This document shows, in pieces, positions 17,643 to 26,859 of a stretch of 34,673 nt of DNA (within the stretch, counting starts at the first letter, position 1; each line of letters begins with the position of its first letter). The DNA is taken from the IMG/VR virus record IMGVR_UViG_3300013121_000003, positions 1 through 34,673 of that record; one strand, given 5' to 3'. Source of the DNA: a virus (taxonomy: Duplodnaviria > Heunggongvirae > Uroviricota > Caudoviricetes). Below the pieces are notes generated by a model. It worked only from the letters and a program-made list of their open reading frames with translations. It had not been told where the DNA came from and made no database searches. The position numbers and the translations under genes were made by a program.

Positions 17643-19247
17643 TTGATGCTATCTTTTAGTCAGTTTGCTTTATTACTTGAAAATCGAATTGAATATCTCA
17701 AACAAAATTCTGGTGTCCATCCAGACATTATTGATAAGTTAGCAGAAATTGATCCTTCTGAAAATAAACAATATACACAATGGCTTGTTAAACAACATAA
17801 ACTTGGACATGTTCTTCCTCAACACGAAAACCATAAAGAATTTATAATTCCAAATTCAGATAATTCTATAACTACATATAGCGAAAAAGGAAGTAAAAGA
17901 CTTCATAATTTAGTTCTAAAACATTTTCAGCATCCTAATGTTCAAAGACAAATGTCTGAAAAAGGATTGTCAAGAGATTTAAATTCATACAAAAACATTC
18001 ATGAATTACATTCTAAAATTAGCAATATTGATGAAAATGCTCCATCTGAAAAAGAAATGAAAAGAAGAGCAATGGAAGGTTCTGAGAAAATTCACGAAGA
18101 ACCTGGATTGAAAGTCTATAAAGTAACGACTCCTGAAGCTGCTAAAATTCATGGTAAAGGAACTAAATGGTGCACGGCATCAACTAATCCAGATTATGCC
18201 CATCATGCCGTAAACTATTTGAAAGCTGGCCCATTATACGTTTTCCATCAATTTGAAGATGCTGAAAACAAAAAACCATCTGGTAGAAAAGTTCAACTTC
18301 ACATTTCTGATTCACGTCGATATGAATTTAAAAATGAACTGAATGATAATGGAGATTTAGACCATTTTGTTTTTAACCATCCTAGTTTAATTGAACATCC
18401 TGAATTTAAAGGAAAGCACGATGCTTTCCTGGAACCAAAAGAAAGAATTGAAAAATTACTTGGTAACAACAGATATAGAGAAGCTGTTTACAAATATCGT
18501 GCTCACTTGATGCCTGAATTTTCTAATAGAATTTGGAGAAAAGCTAAAGTTGATGAACATGTTGCTGGTGAAATAATTGGCGACACTGCTATTAATAAAC
18601 ATAATATGGATAAAAAAGAACATCTTAAATTGACAAATAAAATTATAGATGAATTTCATGATCATCCAAGTTCTGATATTAGAAATCAACTTTCACACAA
18701 TACTTCACAAAGAGGACTTGAGAAACTAGCTTCAGCTAAACCAGTTGGTAAAGGTAAAGATAGATTTTTAGATGAAGTTCATGAAGATATCCTGAATCGA
18801 GGAAACAAGAAAGTTCATTTGGCTGCCGCTCAATCACCAGATAAAATGCTTAGAACTAAAACAGTTCTGTCATCTCCCCATCAACATGAAGTTCATGAGG
18901 CTTTCATGAACAGTCATTATAATGATCATGAATCACATACATATAGTCTTGATCCTCATGCTGGTCATTCTGTATCTTCGATGTTGGCTGGACGACAAGA
19001 ACATGCAGAAGAACATATTGCTCGGGCTGGACATAAACCTCACCTTGACAAGTTAATTCATCATGATAACCCTTGGGTTCGTGCAGAAGTCATGAAACAT
19101 GGCCATGACGATCACCTTAGAGTTGGAATGAATGACGACAACGAACAAGTTCGTGCCGTTGTTGCCAGTCATCCAAAGTTTGCTCACTTAATGCTCAATG
19201 ACAAGTCTCAATTCGTGAGAGACAAAGCCAAGGCAAACATGCGATGA
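17643..19247 (+). CDS. putative internal head protein: capsid-targeting-like leader, TKWCTAS domain, His-rich HEAT-like C-terminus
   Basis: MLSFSQFALLLE leader; paralog of 23736..25592; DNPWVRAEV / DNEQVRAVV / DKSQFVR repeats. Confidence 0.7.
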   Translation: MMLSFSQFALLLENRIEYLKQNSGVHPDIIDKLAEIDPSENKQYTQWLVKQHKLGHVLPQHENHKEFIIPNSDNSITTYSEKGSKRLHNLVLKHFQHPNVQRQMSEKGLSRDLNSYKNIHELHSKISNIDENAPSEKEMKRRAMEGSEKIHEEPGLKVYKVTTPEAAKIHGKGTKWCTASTNPDYAHHAVNYLKAGPLYVFHQFEDAENKKPSGRKVQLHISDSRRYEFKNELNDNGDLDHFVFNHPSLIEHPEFKGKHDAFLEPKERIEKLLGNNRYREAVYKYRAHLMPEFSNRIWRKAKVDEHVAGEIIGDTAINKHNMDKKEHLKLTNKIIDEFHDHPSSDIRNQLSHNTSQRGLEKLASAKPVGKGKDRFLDEVHEDILNRGNKKVHLAAAQSPDKMLRTKTVLSSPHQHEVHEAFMNSHYNDHESHTYSLDPHAGHSVSSMLAGRQEHAEEHIARAGHKPHLDKLIHHDNPWVRAEVMKHGHDDHLRVGMNDDNEQVRAVVASHPKFAHLMLNDKSQFVRDKAKANMR

Positions 19248-19804
19248 AATTCGATAAATATTCATCTGTTGAACTTATTAAAATGAATCATCCAGGATGG
19301 TTAGATAAATGTCTATCTAATCCTAATATTTCATATAAAGAAAAATCTTTGATTGCTATAAATGGAACTGATGAACATAAAACTAAATTATTAGATCATC
19401 ATGAATTAGATGATAATACAAAATATTGTATTGCTCGTAATGGAAATGATGAACATAGAACTAAATTATTAGATCATCATAAATTAGATGATAATACAAA
19501 ATATTGGATTGCTCGTAATGGAACTGAAGAACATAAAACTAAATTATTAGATCATCATGAATTAGATAATAATACAAAATCTTGTATTGCTCGTCATGGA
19601 ACTGAAGAACATAGAACTAAATTATTAGATCATCATGAATTAAATGATAATACAAAATATTGGATTGCTCGTTTTGGAACTGAAGAACATAAAACTAAAT
19701 TATTAGATCATCATGAATTAAATGATAATACAAAATCTTGTATTGCTCGTCATGGAACTGAAGAACATAGAAATAAACTAATGAAAATGGGATTCATATT
19801 ATAG
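19244..19804 (+). CDS. 26-aa tandem-repeat (HEAT-like) protein
   Basis: Five full units plus one partial unit of GTxEH[K/R]TKLLDHHELxxNTK[Y/S][C/W]IARx. Confidence 0.92.
   Translation: MKFDKYSSVELIKMNHPGWLDKCLSNPNISYKEKSLIAINGTDEHKTKLLDHHELDDNTKYCIARNGNDEHRTKLLDHHKLDDNTKYWIARNGTEEHKTKLLDHHELDNNTKSCIARHGTEEHRTKLLDHHELNDNTKYWIARFGTEEHKTKLLDHHELNDNTKSCIARHGTEEHRNKLMKMGFIL
19364..19771 (+). repeat. 78-bp tandem repeat, about 5.2 copies
   Basis: Units start at 19364, 19442, 19520, 19598, 19676 and 19754. Confidence 0.97.
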
Positions 19805-19846
19805 ATAAATATTCATCTGCTCAACTCATTGATAGGATTTTTTTAA

Positions 19847-20392
19847 TTGACTACTAATCCAGAATCACCAACGGCCTTAAGTTCTGTTCCGACTAATCCA
19901 AATTTACTTTCGAACGCAGGATTTAAACTTGTTATTCGAAAATCACCACATATAAATTTCTTTTGTCAACAAGTAAATATTCCTGCTCTTGCTCTAAATG
20001 CAGTTCCTAAAAGTAATCCATTTGTCAAGTTAAATTATACTGGCGATCACATTGATTATTCTCCATTGGCAGTTACTTTTAGAGTAGATGAAGAATTAAA
20101 GAATTGGTTAGAAATTCATGATTGGATTAAATTAACTGGATTTCCAAACAGATTTCAGGAACGTGCTGAAATTGAAGCTGAAGATAAAGTAATTGGTCGG
20201 AATATCGAATCCGACATTTCTCTTTTCATTCTTTCTTCTCATAGAAATCCTAAGATTGAAGTGATTTTTCGAGATTGTATTCCAGTCTCATTAACTGAAC
20301 TTGAATTTGATTCAACTAATACTGAAGTTGAGTATTTCGAGGCCACGGCTATTTTTTATTATACGTCTTATAAGATTGATCGTGTTACCTAA
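19847..20392 (+). CDS. 3: tail completion / sheath stabilizer gp3-like protein
   Basis: NLLS..GFKL....P.INFFCQQVNIP, GDHIDY and F.VDEEL.NW.EIHDW motifs; synteny with uvsY and uvsW; GATAAATA upstream. Confidence 0.85.
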   Translation: MTTNPESPTALSSVPTNPNLLSNAGFKLVIRKSPHINFFCQQVNIPALALNAVPKSNPFVKLNYTGDHIDYSPLAVTFRVDEELKNWLEIHDWIKLTGFPNRFQERAEIEAEDKVIGRNIESDISLFILSSHRNPKIEVIFRDCIPVSLTELEFDSTNTEVEYFEATAIFYYTSYKIDRVT

Positions 20393-20401
20393 CACAAGCT
20401 C

Positions 20402-20430
20402 TTGAAATCTATACATCTATATGCTATATT
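20402..20430 (+). promoter_or_regulatory. sigma70-like promoter with extended -10
   Basis: TTGAAA-N17-TATATT preceded by TG. Confidence 0.55.
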
Positions 20431-20475
20431 GTTCATCAAGGGAGCGATGTTCGCTTCAATGAATGAGAACAAACC

Positions 20476-20688
20476 ATGAGCAAATTTACTGAACAGTTCA
20501 ATGTCATGATCGACGATGATATCAAGACGATGATATCAAAGTTGAGAGTTCAATCAAATGAAGTTCAGATCATATCTGCTTCTTCATTAGTGAGAAGATT
20601 GATTTTGGAATCATTCGAGAAAAGATTTGGAACAGACGAAGAATTCAAAGAGTTGATAAAACGTTCAAAAGAAAAGGAAATGTCATGA
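20476..20688 (+). CDS. ribbon-helix-helix-like small DNA-binding protein
   Basis: QFNVMID strand, helix, then SASSLVRRLI helix. Confidence 0.55.
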   Translation: MSKFTEQFNVMIDDDIKTMISKLRVQSNEVQIISASSLVRRLILESFEKRFGTDEEFKELIKRSKEKEMS

Positions 20689-20939
20689 GTAATCAAGAAA
20701 TTCTTACTCTTCTCAATCTCAAGAAAGAAGACATTGACGAATTTTTATCTGCTGTCTTGATTAGTGATGATGAATACATCTCAATCTTGACAAGATCGGG
20801 GGGTTCTAATAGGACCAGATGCTATGAATCAAACGAACGCCTTCGGCAGCATGAACTGAACGTCTCAGACGAAGATGTTGATGATGGAGTTTGTTTGGCC
20901 CAATTTATCTTCCTTAATCCCCAAAAGAAAAAGGTCTGA
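20685..20939 (+). CDS. hypothetical protein
   Basis: ATGA overlap; TRSGG.NR motif. Confidence 0.6.
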   Translation: MSNQEILTLLNLKKEDIDEFLSAVLISDDEYISILTRSGGSNRTRCYESNERLRQHELNVSDEDVDDGVCLAQFIFLNPQKKKV

Positions 20940-20940
20940 C

Positions 20941-21216
20941 ATGTCACTCCTGCATGGTTCGATCAAATCTGGTGCAAAAGTATCTTTCGCCGGATTTCAT
21001 GATGATGATAATAATCCACTTAAAATTAAGTTTGGAATGAAGGGAACTGTTTTAAAAGTTATTTCCGAGAATGTTGCGATCATCGATTGGGACGATGTTC
21101 GAATTCCTTGTGATCAACAGGAATACGTTTTTGGTTCTATTAAAGTGGAAGAACGAGCTTTCGATTTCACCAGGGAACCGGCTCAAAGAAAATCATTCTA
21201 TATTCCAAAGTTCTGA
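20941..21216 (+). CDS. hypothetical protein (start MSLLH)
   Basis: ATG at 20941 after AAGG; SH3-like GMKGTV...IDWD. Confidence 0.6.
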   Translation: MSLLHGSIKSGAKVSFAGFHDDDNNPLKIKFGMKGTVLKVISENVAIIDWDDVRIPCDQQEYVFGSIKVEERAFDFTREPAQRKSFYIPKF

Positions 21217-21219
21217 ACA

Positions 21220-21483
21220 ATGAAACTGGACAAATATTCTTCAGCACTATTGATTAGAAAATTGTATCCAGGATACACAATAAATGTATTGAAAAAGGAT
21301 GAAATTTCAGAAGAAGAAATTTTTTGGATTTGTAGATATGGTTCCGAAAAAGAAAAACAAAAACTGTTAGATAAATTTGAACTGAATGTTGAAGATTTGA
21401 AATATTTAATTTTTTGGTCAGATCATGAAACTAGAGAATTATCAATGAAAAAATTGAGTAAAATATATTATGGAAGAAAATAA
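21220..21483 (+). CDS. short member of the DxYSSxxLI helical-repeat family
   Basis: MKLDKYSSALLIRKLYPG; WICRYGSEKEKQKLLDKFEL matches the repeat. Confidence 0.78.
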   Translation: MKLDKYSSALLIRKLYPGYTINVLKKDEISEEEIFWICRYGSEKEKQKLLDKFELNVEDLKYLIFWSDHETRELSMKKLSKIYYGRK

Positions 21484-21898
21484 TTTAATAAAAGAATGGG
21501 CGAACGATTCTAAAATAGGAACCGACTTAGAACAAGAATCAATTAGAACTTCAACTCTTCATGCTAAGTGGATTAAAATATTAGCTACTGAAAGTATGAA
21601 GTATCACAAACTTAATATGGAACACAGAAAACTTAAATATGATTTGAAGGTTCATATTGATGGTCCGAACAAAACATCACAACAGAAATATTCAGACATA
21701 AGCGACGAAAGAAAGAAACTAAAGAAAGACTTCAACTTCTATCAAGAAAATTATCCAGCATTGGCCGATAGCCAATACGAACTTGATAAGCAACAATCCA
21801 AACTAAGATTCATAGAAGAAGTAATTCGTTCTATCAATCAGCGAACATATAATATCAAGAACATCATTGAGTATAAGAAGTTTGAAGCGGGGTTTTGA
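21470..21898 (+). CDS. uvsY: recombination mediator UvsY
   Basis: W..DSKI, LHAKW and QRTYNIKNIIEYKKFEAG motifs. Confidence 0.9.
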   Translation: MEENNLIKEWANDSKIGTDLEQESIRTSTLHAKWIKILATESMKYHKLNMEHRKLKYDLKVHIDGPNKTSQQKYSDISDERKKLKKDFNFYQENYPALADSQYELDKQQSKLRFIEEVIRSINQRTYNIKNIIEYKKFEAGF

Positions 21899-21916
21899 CG
21901 TTCCATAAGTAAATTT

Positions 21917-23341
21917 ATGGAACTGATTATATCAAAGATTGACAACACATTCATAAAAATTGACGCTGAACCTGGAATCCTTCGTGATCTTCAGGATCAT
22001 TTTTCATTTAGCATTCCAGGTGCCAGATTCATTCCAGCTTTTAAAAGGGGTTGGGATGGAAAAATTCGGCTATTCAAAATTGGACCAAAAACCATCTATG
22101 CTGGACTATATCATAAGATAGTCGAATACGCAGAATTCAATGGGTATTCTGTATCTGGGTATGAACCTCCTTTAAAATCAACAGAAACCGCCCAAATTTC
22201 ACGCTGGGTTGAAAGTTTAACACGTCCAGGTATCCAGGTACGTGATTATCAAATTTCTTCTCTGGAACGCTGTATTCAACGGGAAAGGGCATTGATCCTA
22301 AGTCCAACAGGAAGTGGTAAGTCTTTCCTAATTTATATGTTAATCAAACATTATCAGAAAAGAACATTGATTGTTGTTCCTACGATCAACCTGACAAGTC
22401 AGATGGAGAGCGATTTTCGTGATTACGGTTTTGACGGTTCTATTCATACGATACATCATGGGAAAGAAAAAGAAGTAGACGCTCAAGTTCAGATCGGAAC
22501 TTTTCAATCTCTGTCTAAGATGCCCAAAGAATGGTTCAAGAAATTTGATATGTTGATTGTTGATGAAGCTCATTTGGCTACATCGAAATCCATCACGTCT
22601 ATTGTCGAGCAAATGAATCATGTCGAATTGAGATTTGGTTTCACTGGAACCATTGAAGATTCCAAATGCAATGCAATGATCCTTGAAGGATTGTTTGGAG
22701 AAATTTATAGAACGTCATCGACTTCAGAATTGATCGAGAAGAAAATTCTCTCTGATCTGAATATTGAATGTGTGACGTTTAAGTATACGGACGAAGAAAG
22801 AAAGCTATGCAAGACCTTGACTTACGCAGAGGAAGTTGATTTTATAGTTAGACACGAACGAAGAAATAATATCATCAAACAACTGGTTCTTGGTCTAAAA
22901 GGAAACAGTCTTCTTCTTTTTCAATATGTAGATAAGCACGGAAAAGAACTTTATGAAATGTTAAAGGATTGTGGAAGACCAGTTTATTATATTTCTGGTG
23001 AAATTTCAGGTCAAGAAAGAGAGAAAATAAGGAAATCGATAGAGTCAGATAATAATGCTATTCTCATTGCATCTGTTGGAACAGTTTCAACTGGTGTGAA
23101 CATAGTTAGCCTAAAGAATATTATCTTTGCTTCTCCGTCGAAATCAAAGATCAGAGTTCTCCAATCGATTGGAAGAGTTCTAAGAAGATCGAGTAACAAA
23201 GATAGATCAGTTCTATTCGATCTCTCTGATGATCTTTCTTGGAAATCAAGGAAGAACTATACACTCAAGCATTTTATACATAGGTTAAAGATTTACAATC
23301 AAGAAGAATTTCAATATAAAATTAGAACCATAAAAATTTGA
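21917..23341 (+). CDS. uvsW: SF2 helicase UvsW
   Basis: WDGKIRLF, RDYQ, SPTGSGKS, DEAH and LQSIGRVLR motifs. Confidence 0.97.
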   Translation: MELIISKIDNTFIKIDAEPGILRDLQDHFSFSIPGARFIPAFKRGWDGKIRLFKIGPKTIYAGLYHKIVEYAEFNGYSVSGYEPPLKSTETAQISRWVESLTRPGIQVRDYQISSLERCIQRERALILSPTGSGKSFLIYMLIKHYQKRTLIVVPTINLTSQMESDFRDYGFDGSIHTIHHGKEKEVDAQVQIGTFQSLSKMPKEWFKKFDMLIVDEAHLATSKSITSIVEQMNHVELRFGFTGTIEDSKCNAMILEGLFGEIYRTSSTSELIEKKILSDLNIECVTFKYTDEERKLCKTLTYAEEVDFIVRHERRNNIIKQLVLGLKGNSLLLFQYVDKHGKELYEMLKDCGRPVYYISGEISGQEREKIRKSIESDNNAILIASVGTVSTGVNIVSLKNIIFASPSKSKIRVLQSIGRVLRRSSNKDRSVLFDLSDDLSWKSRKNYTLKHFIHRLKIYNQEEFQYKIRTIKI

Positions 23342-23739
23342 AGGAGAATATCTTGGAGAACGTAAAGCATTTTCGTTTAATCAATGGGGAAGAAGTTCTA
23401 GCTGAAATTTTTGAAGAGAATAAAACAAACATCATAGTCAAGAACCCAATGCAGGTTATTGATAATTCTGGATCAATCGTCTTGACTAAGTTTATCCCAT
23501 TTTCGAAAGATCAGCTTCTAAACTTTGACAGATTTCATGTTATTACTATTTCTGATCTTCATGATGAAATGGTAAGATATTACAACAATTCTATTCTTAT
23601 TTCTATGAATGCAACGGAGAAATCAATTGAGGGAATTTCTAAGGTTAATGATATGATGGAAGATTATATTCACAATTCAAGCGATCCGTCTGATGATTTT
23701 TTTGCTATGATCCAGCCTTCATCCAATACGATTCATTAA
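23338..23739 (+). CDS. Sm-like protein conserved downstream of uvsW in T4-like phages
   Basis: FRLINGEEVLAE...VKNPM motif; synteny. Confidence 0.7.
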   Translation: MKENILENVKHFRLINGEEVLAEIFEENKTNIIVKNPMQVIDNSGSIVLTKFIPFSKDQLLNFDRFHVITISDLHDEMVRYYNNSILISMNATEKSIEGISKVNDMMEDYIHNSSDPSDDFFAMIQPSSNTIH

Positions 23740-25592
23740 TTTTTCTTTTTGTAATATTTTGTATTCTTGGCATGAAACATAACATTGTTATTTTCGTCAT
23801 TCGATAATTTGTCTAGGACATGATCAGGAGTATGTTGGTTTTGCGCAACTCTTCCTCTTATTTGAGGAAGATGATGTTTCGACATGGCTTCTAAAACTTC
23901 TGGATCGTGTGAGAACGTTGCTGCGGCCATGTGTAATTCTATATGTCTTGAATTGGCTGCGGCTCGATGATTGTCTTCATCGAACATAATTCCTTTATGT
24001 GCAATTTGTTGGGCTAACCAACCTGAATCACTTTTTGGACGCTGACTCAAATCTTTTATCATATGAGTTATGTGTCTATTTTCACAATTAGGATTATCAA
24101 GAATTTGTTTCTTGATATTATTAGAATCGTGGTGAATCATTTTATCAATGACGTTTGTATCACCAAATCTTGCAGCAATTGCCTTTGTTCTTTCTGGTTG
24201 ATGAACATCAGTAAACAGATGTGGATACGTGTATGCCAGTGAAGAACGAACAATTTCTGAAGAATCGTCTTTCAGTTTATGAACATATCTTTCTGGTTCA
24301 GAATCAGCGGCATATTTTCTCATTTGTTCATCAGGATGAACTGACATTTTGTCTAAGAGTTTATGTTTTCTGTCATCATCTAAATTACTGGAAATTCCAG
24401 CTAAATGTTGTGCTGTATGATATGAACCAGTAGGTTTATGTTTGTCGAGAACTTTATTAGCCAGATGAAATTTTTCACCATGTTCCATGTCATCTCTGTT
24501 TAAAACTGACATAAGAGTATTGGAACGAATATGTGAAGATTCGTCTTCATCAACTAATTTGTGAAGGAACTCTTTTGGTGTTTTTGGGTTTGTAGACAAT
24601 CCTTCACGAACTTCATTTACGTCATGGTAATTATCAATTAGGTCTTTGATAATTCCAGGATGAACTGCATGTTCAGCAACATGTCCTTTAACTTCATCAT
24701 CGTCATCATCGATAAATTTACGATGAACACGATCACGATGATTGTAACTTCTTTCGGATTCTTTATCTATAATAGCTTTCTTCACTTCTGCACTTGCATC
24801 ATCATAAAGATGTGGAAAATCATGATGTGCAGAATGGGTTTCAACAGCTTCAACTCGATCACTTTCATTATGAGAATGAACTAAGTCATAAATTTGTTGA
24901 TGAATATCATGTTCATCTTCTTCCTCGGGAGAATGATGACTGTAATGAGCTTCTTTGAAATCATCCCAACCATGAACATTTTTGACGGCAGGATGACGTT
25001 GTTCTAATTCATGAGGTTCGACTTCATTATTATTAATATCTTTTAGTTCTGGAACCTTACCTTTTCCACCTTCGAACCATTGATATTTTTCTTCTGGATC
25101 ACCCGTATGAAGAATTTTTAATCCTCCTGCTTTCAAATAACTTGCAACGTGACCACTATTTCTTGATGCCGTACACCATTTAGAATCACGTCCATGATAT
25201 TCTGCCTGTTCAGGAGTTTTAGCAGAATATACTTTAATTCCATCTTCATCGAGAATTTTATTACCAACGAACGGATGAATAGAATTGTTCAAATCTTCAA
25301 TAGATTTATACTGATTAATATCAGTTTTTCCACCAAGAAAATGCTTATGATGCGTTTTGATCTTATCGAAATGATCTAGAGTTTCACGGTTTTTTGCATT
25401 GATAAATTCGTTTCCCAATAAAGGAAATTCGCCTTTCTTATGTCTTTTGATCAACCATTGAGTATAGACTTTACTTTCTGTTGGATCAGCTTGAGCAATC
25501 TTATCAACATCATCAGGGTGTAATCCAGATGTTTTCTTAAGATACTCAATTCTATTTTCAATAAGAAAGACGAATTCAGAAAACCTAATCAT
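23736..25592 (-). CDS. putative internal head protein: capsid-targeting-like leader, SKWCTAS domain, HEAT-like repeats
   Basis: MIRFSEFVFLIENRIEYLKK...ADPTESKVYTQWL; paralog of 17643..19247. Confidence 0.7.
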   Translation of the reverse strand: MIRFSEFVFLIENRIEYLKKTSGLHPDDVDKIAQADPTESKVYTQWLIKRHKKGEFPLLGNEFINAKNRETLDHFDKIKTHHKHFLGGKTDINQYKSIEDLNNSIHPFVGNKILDEDGIKVYSAKTPEQAEYHGRDSKWCTASRNSGHVASYLKAGGLKILHTGDPEEKYQWFEGGKGKVPELKDINNNEVEPHELEQRHPAVKNVHGWDDFKEAHYSHHSPEEEDEHDIHQQIYDLVHSHNESDRVEAVETHSAHHDFPHLYDDASAEVKKAIIDKESERSYNHRDRVHRKFIDDDDDEVKGHVAEHAVHPGIIKDLIDNYHDVNEVREGLSTNPKTPKEFLHKLVDEDESSHIRSNTLMSVLNRDDMEHGEKFHLANKVLDKHKPTGSYHTAQHLAGISSNLDDDRKHKLLDKMSVHPDEQMRKYAADSEPERYVHKLKDDSSEIVRSSLAYTYPHLFTDVHQPERTKAIAARFGDTNVIDKMIHHDSNNIKKQILDNPNCENRHITHMIKDLSQRPKSDSGWLAQQIAHKGIMFDEDNHRAAANSRHIELHMAAATFSHDPEVLEAMSKHHLPQIRGRVAQNQHTPDHVLDKLSNDENNNVMFHAKNTKYYKKKN

Positions 25593-26599
25593 CCAAGAAG
25601 TTTCTTTGCTGTTAATGATTTAATCAGTTCAATGTGTTCACCATATAATTTCTTTTGAAATTTTTTATTTGCTTTTCTGGTATATCTATTTCCACGTCTT
25701 TGTTTATACCAAGACATTTCATTATAACGTTTGTTTGCAATTTTAACATGTTCTGGTCTATCATAAATCGAAGGACTACTATCAATATATTTTTTTAGAA
25801 TAGATGGATTATCTGTTCTACTTGCAACAATGGATTTTACTTCAGGAGAAGGATGATCATGAAGCATCATTAGTGTTTCTTCATTTCCATGATTAGCAAT
25901 ATGTTGAAGTAATCTGTGAGCATTTCTTCTTTCTTCAAACGAATTTGAATCATTATCTATGTGTGCAATTGCTCTATGAGCAATGTGCTGTCTAAGAAGT
26001 TCTGGTCCATTTATAATGGACTGATATGGATCACGACCAGCATTTAAAATCGCATGTTGATGAATTGGATTTTTTCTAAATCTATCTGGATGTAGAGAAG
26101 GTGGAAGATTGTTTCTTTCCATAAACTCTGCATGTTCGTCATGCTCTTCTGGCTCTTCCGGTTCATCATGAAAAACAGCATGATAAGGAACATGTCTAGA
26201 CGGTTCAGTTGGAAGACGTGGTTCGAAATATTCACGTTTCCTTTGTGGAACTAATTTAGAAGGTTCAGCTTTTACAATTTCTTGTTTTCGTTGTGGTTCT
26301 CTATAAAAATCTTCAGGAGGTTCAGGGTCAAAGTAGTGTGTTGAATGATTAACATCTGGTTTGTGTGAAGTTACTGGTTCATGTTGAGGAAGTTCATAAA
26401 CACGTTTATTTGATTTAGGTTGTTTTTTAGCAGAAAAAATATCTTTTACGAGTGCAGTTGCCAATTCTTCTCTAGCTCTTGGAGAAGTTAATCTTCCAGC
26501 TTCAGCAGAAACACTATCTCTCATATTTTTTGGAATTAATACTCTTTTGACTGGTCTATTTGTTTTTTTAGAACCAATTCCTGATTTATTTTTTGCCAT
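25589..26599 (-). CDS. late His/Pro-rich protein with HEAT-like C-terminal segment
   Basis: IANHGNEETLMMLHDHPSPEVKSIVASR; late promoter upstream. Confidence 0.65.
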   Translation of the reverse strand: MAKNKSGIGSKKTNRPVKRVLIPKNMRDSVSAEAGRLTSPRAREELATALVKDIFSAKKQPKSNKRVYELPQHEPVTSHKPDVNHSTHYFDPEPPEDFYREPQRKQEIVKAEPSKLVPQRKREYFEPRLPTEPSRHVPYHAVFHDEPEEPEEHDEHAEFMERNNLPPSLHPDRFRKNPIHQHAILNAGRDPYQSIINGPELLRQHIAHRAIAHIDNDSNSFEERRNAHRLLQHIANHGNEETLMMLHDHPSPEVKSIVASRTDNPSILKKYIDSSPSIYDRPEHVKIANKRYNEMSWYKQRRGNRYTRKANKKFQKKLYGEHIELIKSLTAKKLLG

Positions 26600-26631
26600 G
26601 AATTTCCTCTGATTATTTTATGGTTATTTTG

Positions 26632-26639
26632 TATTTATA
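26632..26639 (-). promoter_or_regulatory. T4-type late promoter
   Basis: TATAAATA on the minus strand. Confidence 0.75.
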
Positions 26640-26695
26640 AGTATCTGAAATTAATATCTGTTGCCTTAAGATCACATTCCTCTCACTGTCTCTTT

Positions 26696-26703
26696 TATAA
26701 GTA
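26696..26703 (+). promoter_or_regulatory. late-promoter variant upstream of tRNA-Met
   Basis: TATAAGTA. Confidence 0.45.
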
Positions 26704-26750
26704 CATAGCCGTCTTGCCTTCCATGAGCTATCGATGTAAGGTCAAAGAAT

Positions 26751-26829
26751 AGCGGGATAGAGAAGTTCGGTCGTTCTCGCCTGTCTCATACGCAGGAAAT
26801 CGAAGGTTCAAATCCTTCTCCCGCTACCA
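26751..26829 (+). tRNA. tRNA-Met(CAT)
   Basis: AGCGGGA/TCCCGCT acceptor, CCTGT-CTCATAC-GCAGG anticodon arm, GGTTCAAATCC, ACCA end. Confidence 0.9.
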
Positions 26830-26859
26830 TTAAACTTTATCTTCAGCAAAGAGTGAAAG

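Noticed and set aside
19364-19771. CRISPR array
   Set aside because: The units are contiguous in-frame 78-bp coding repeats with no unique spacers
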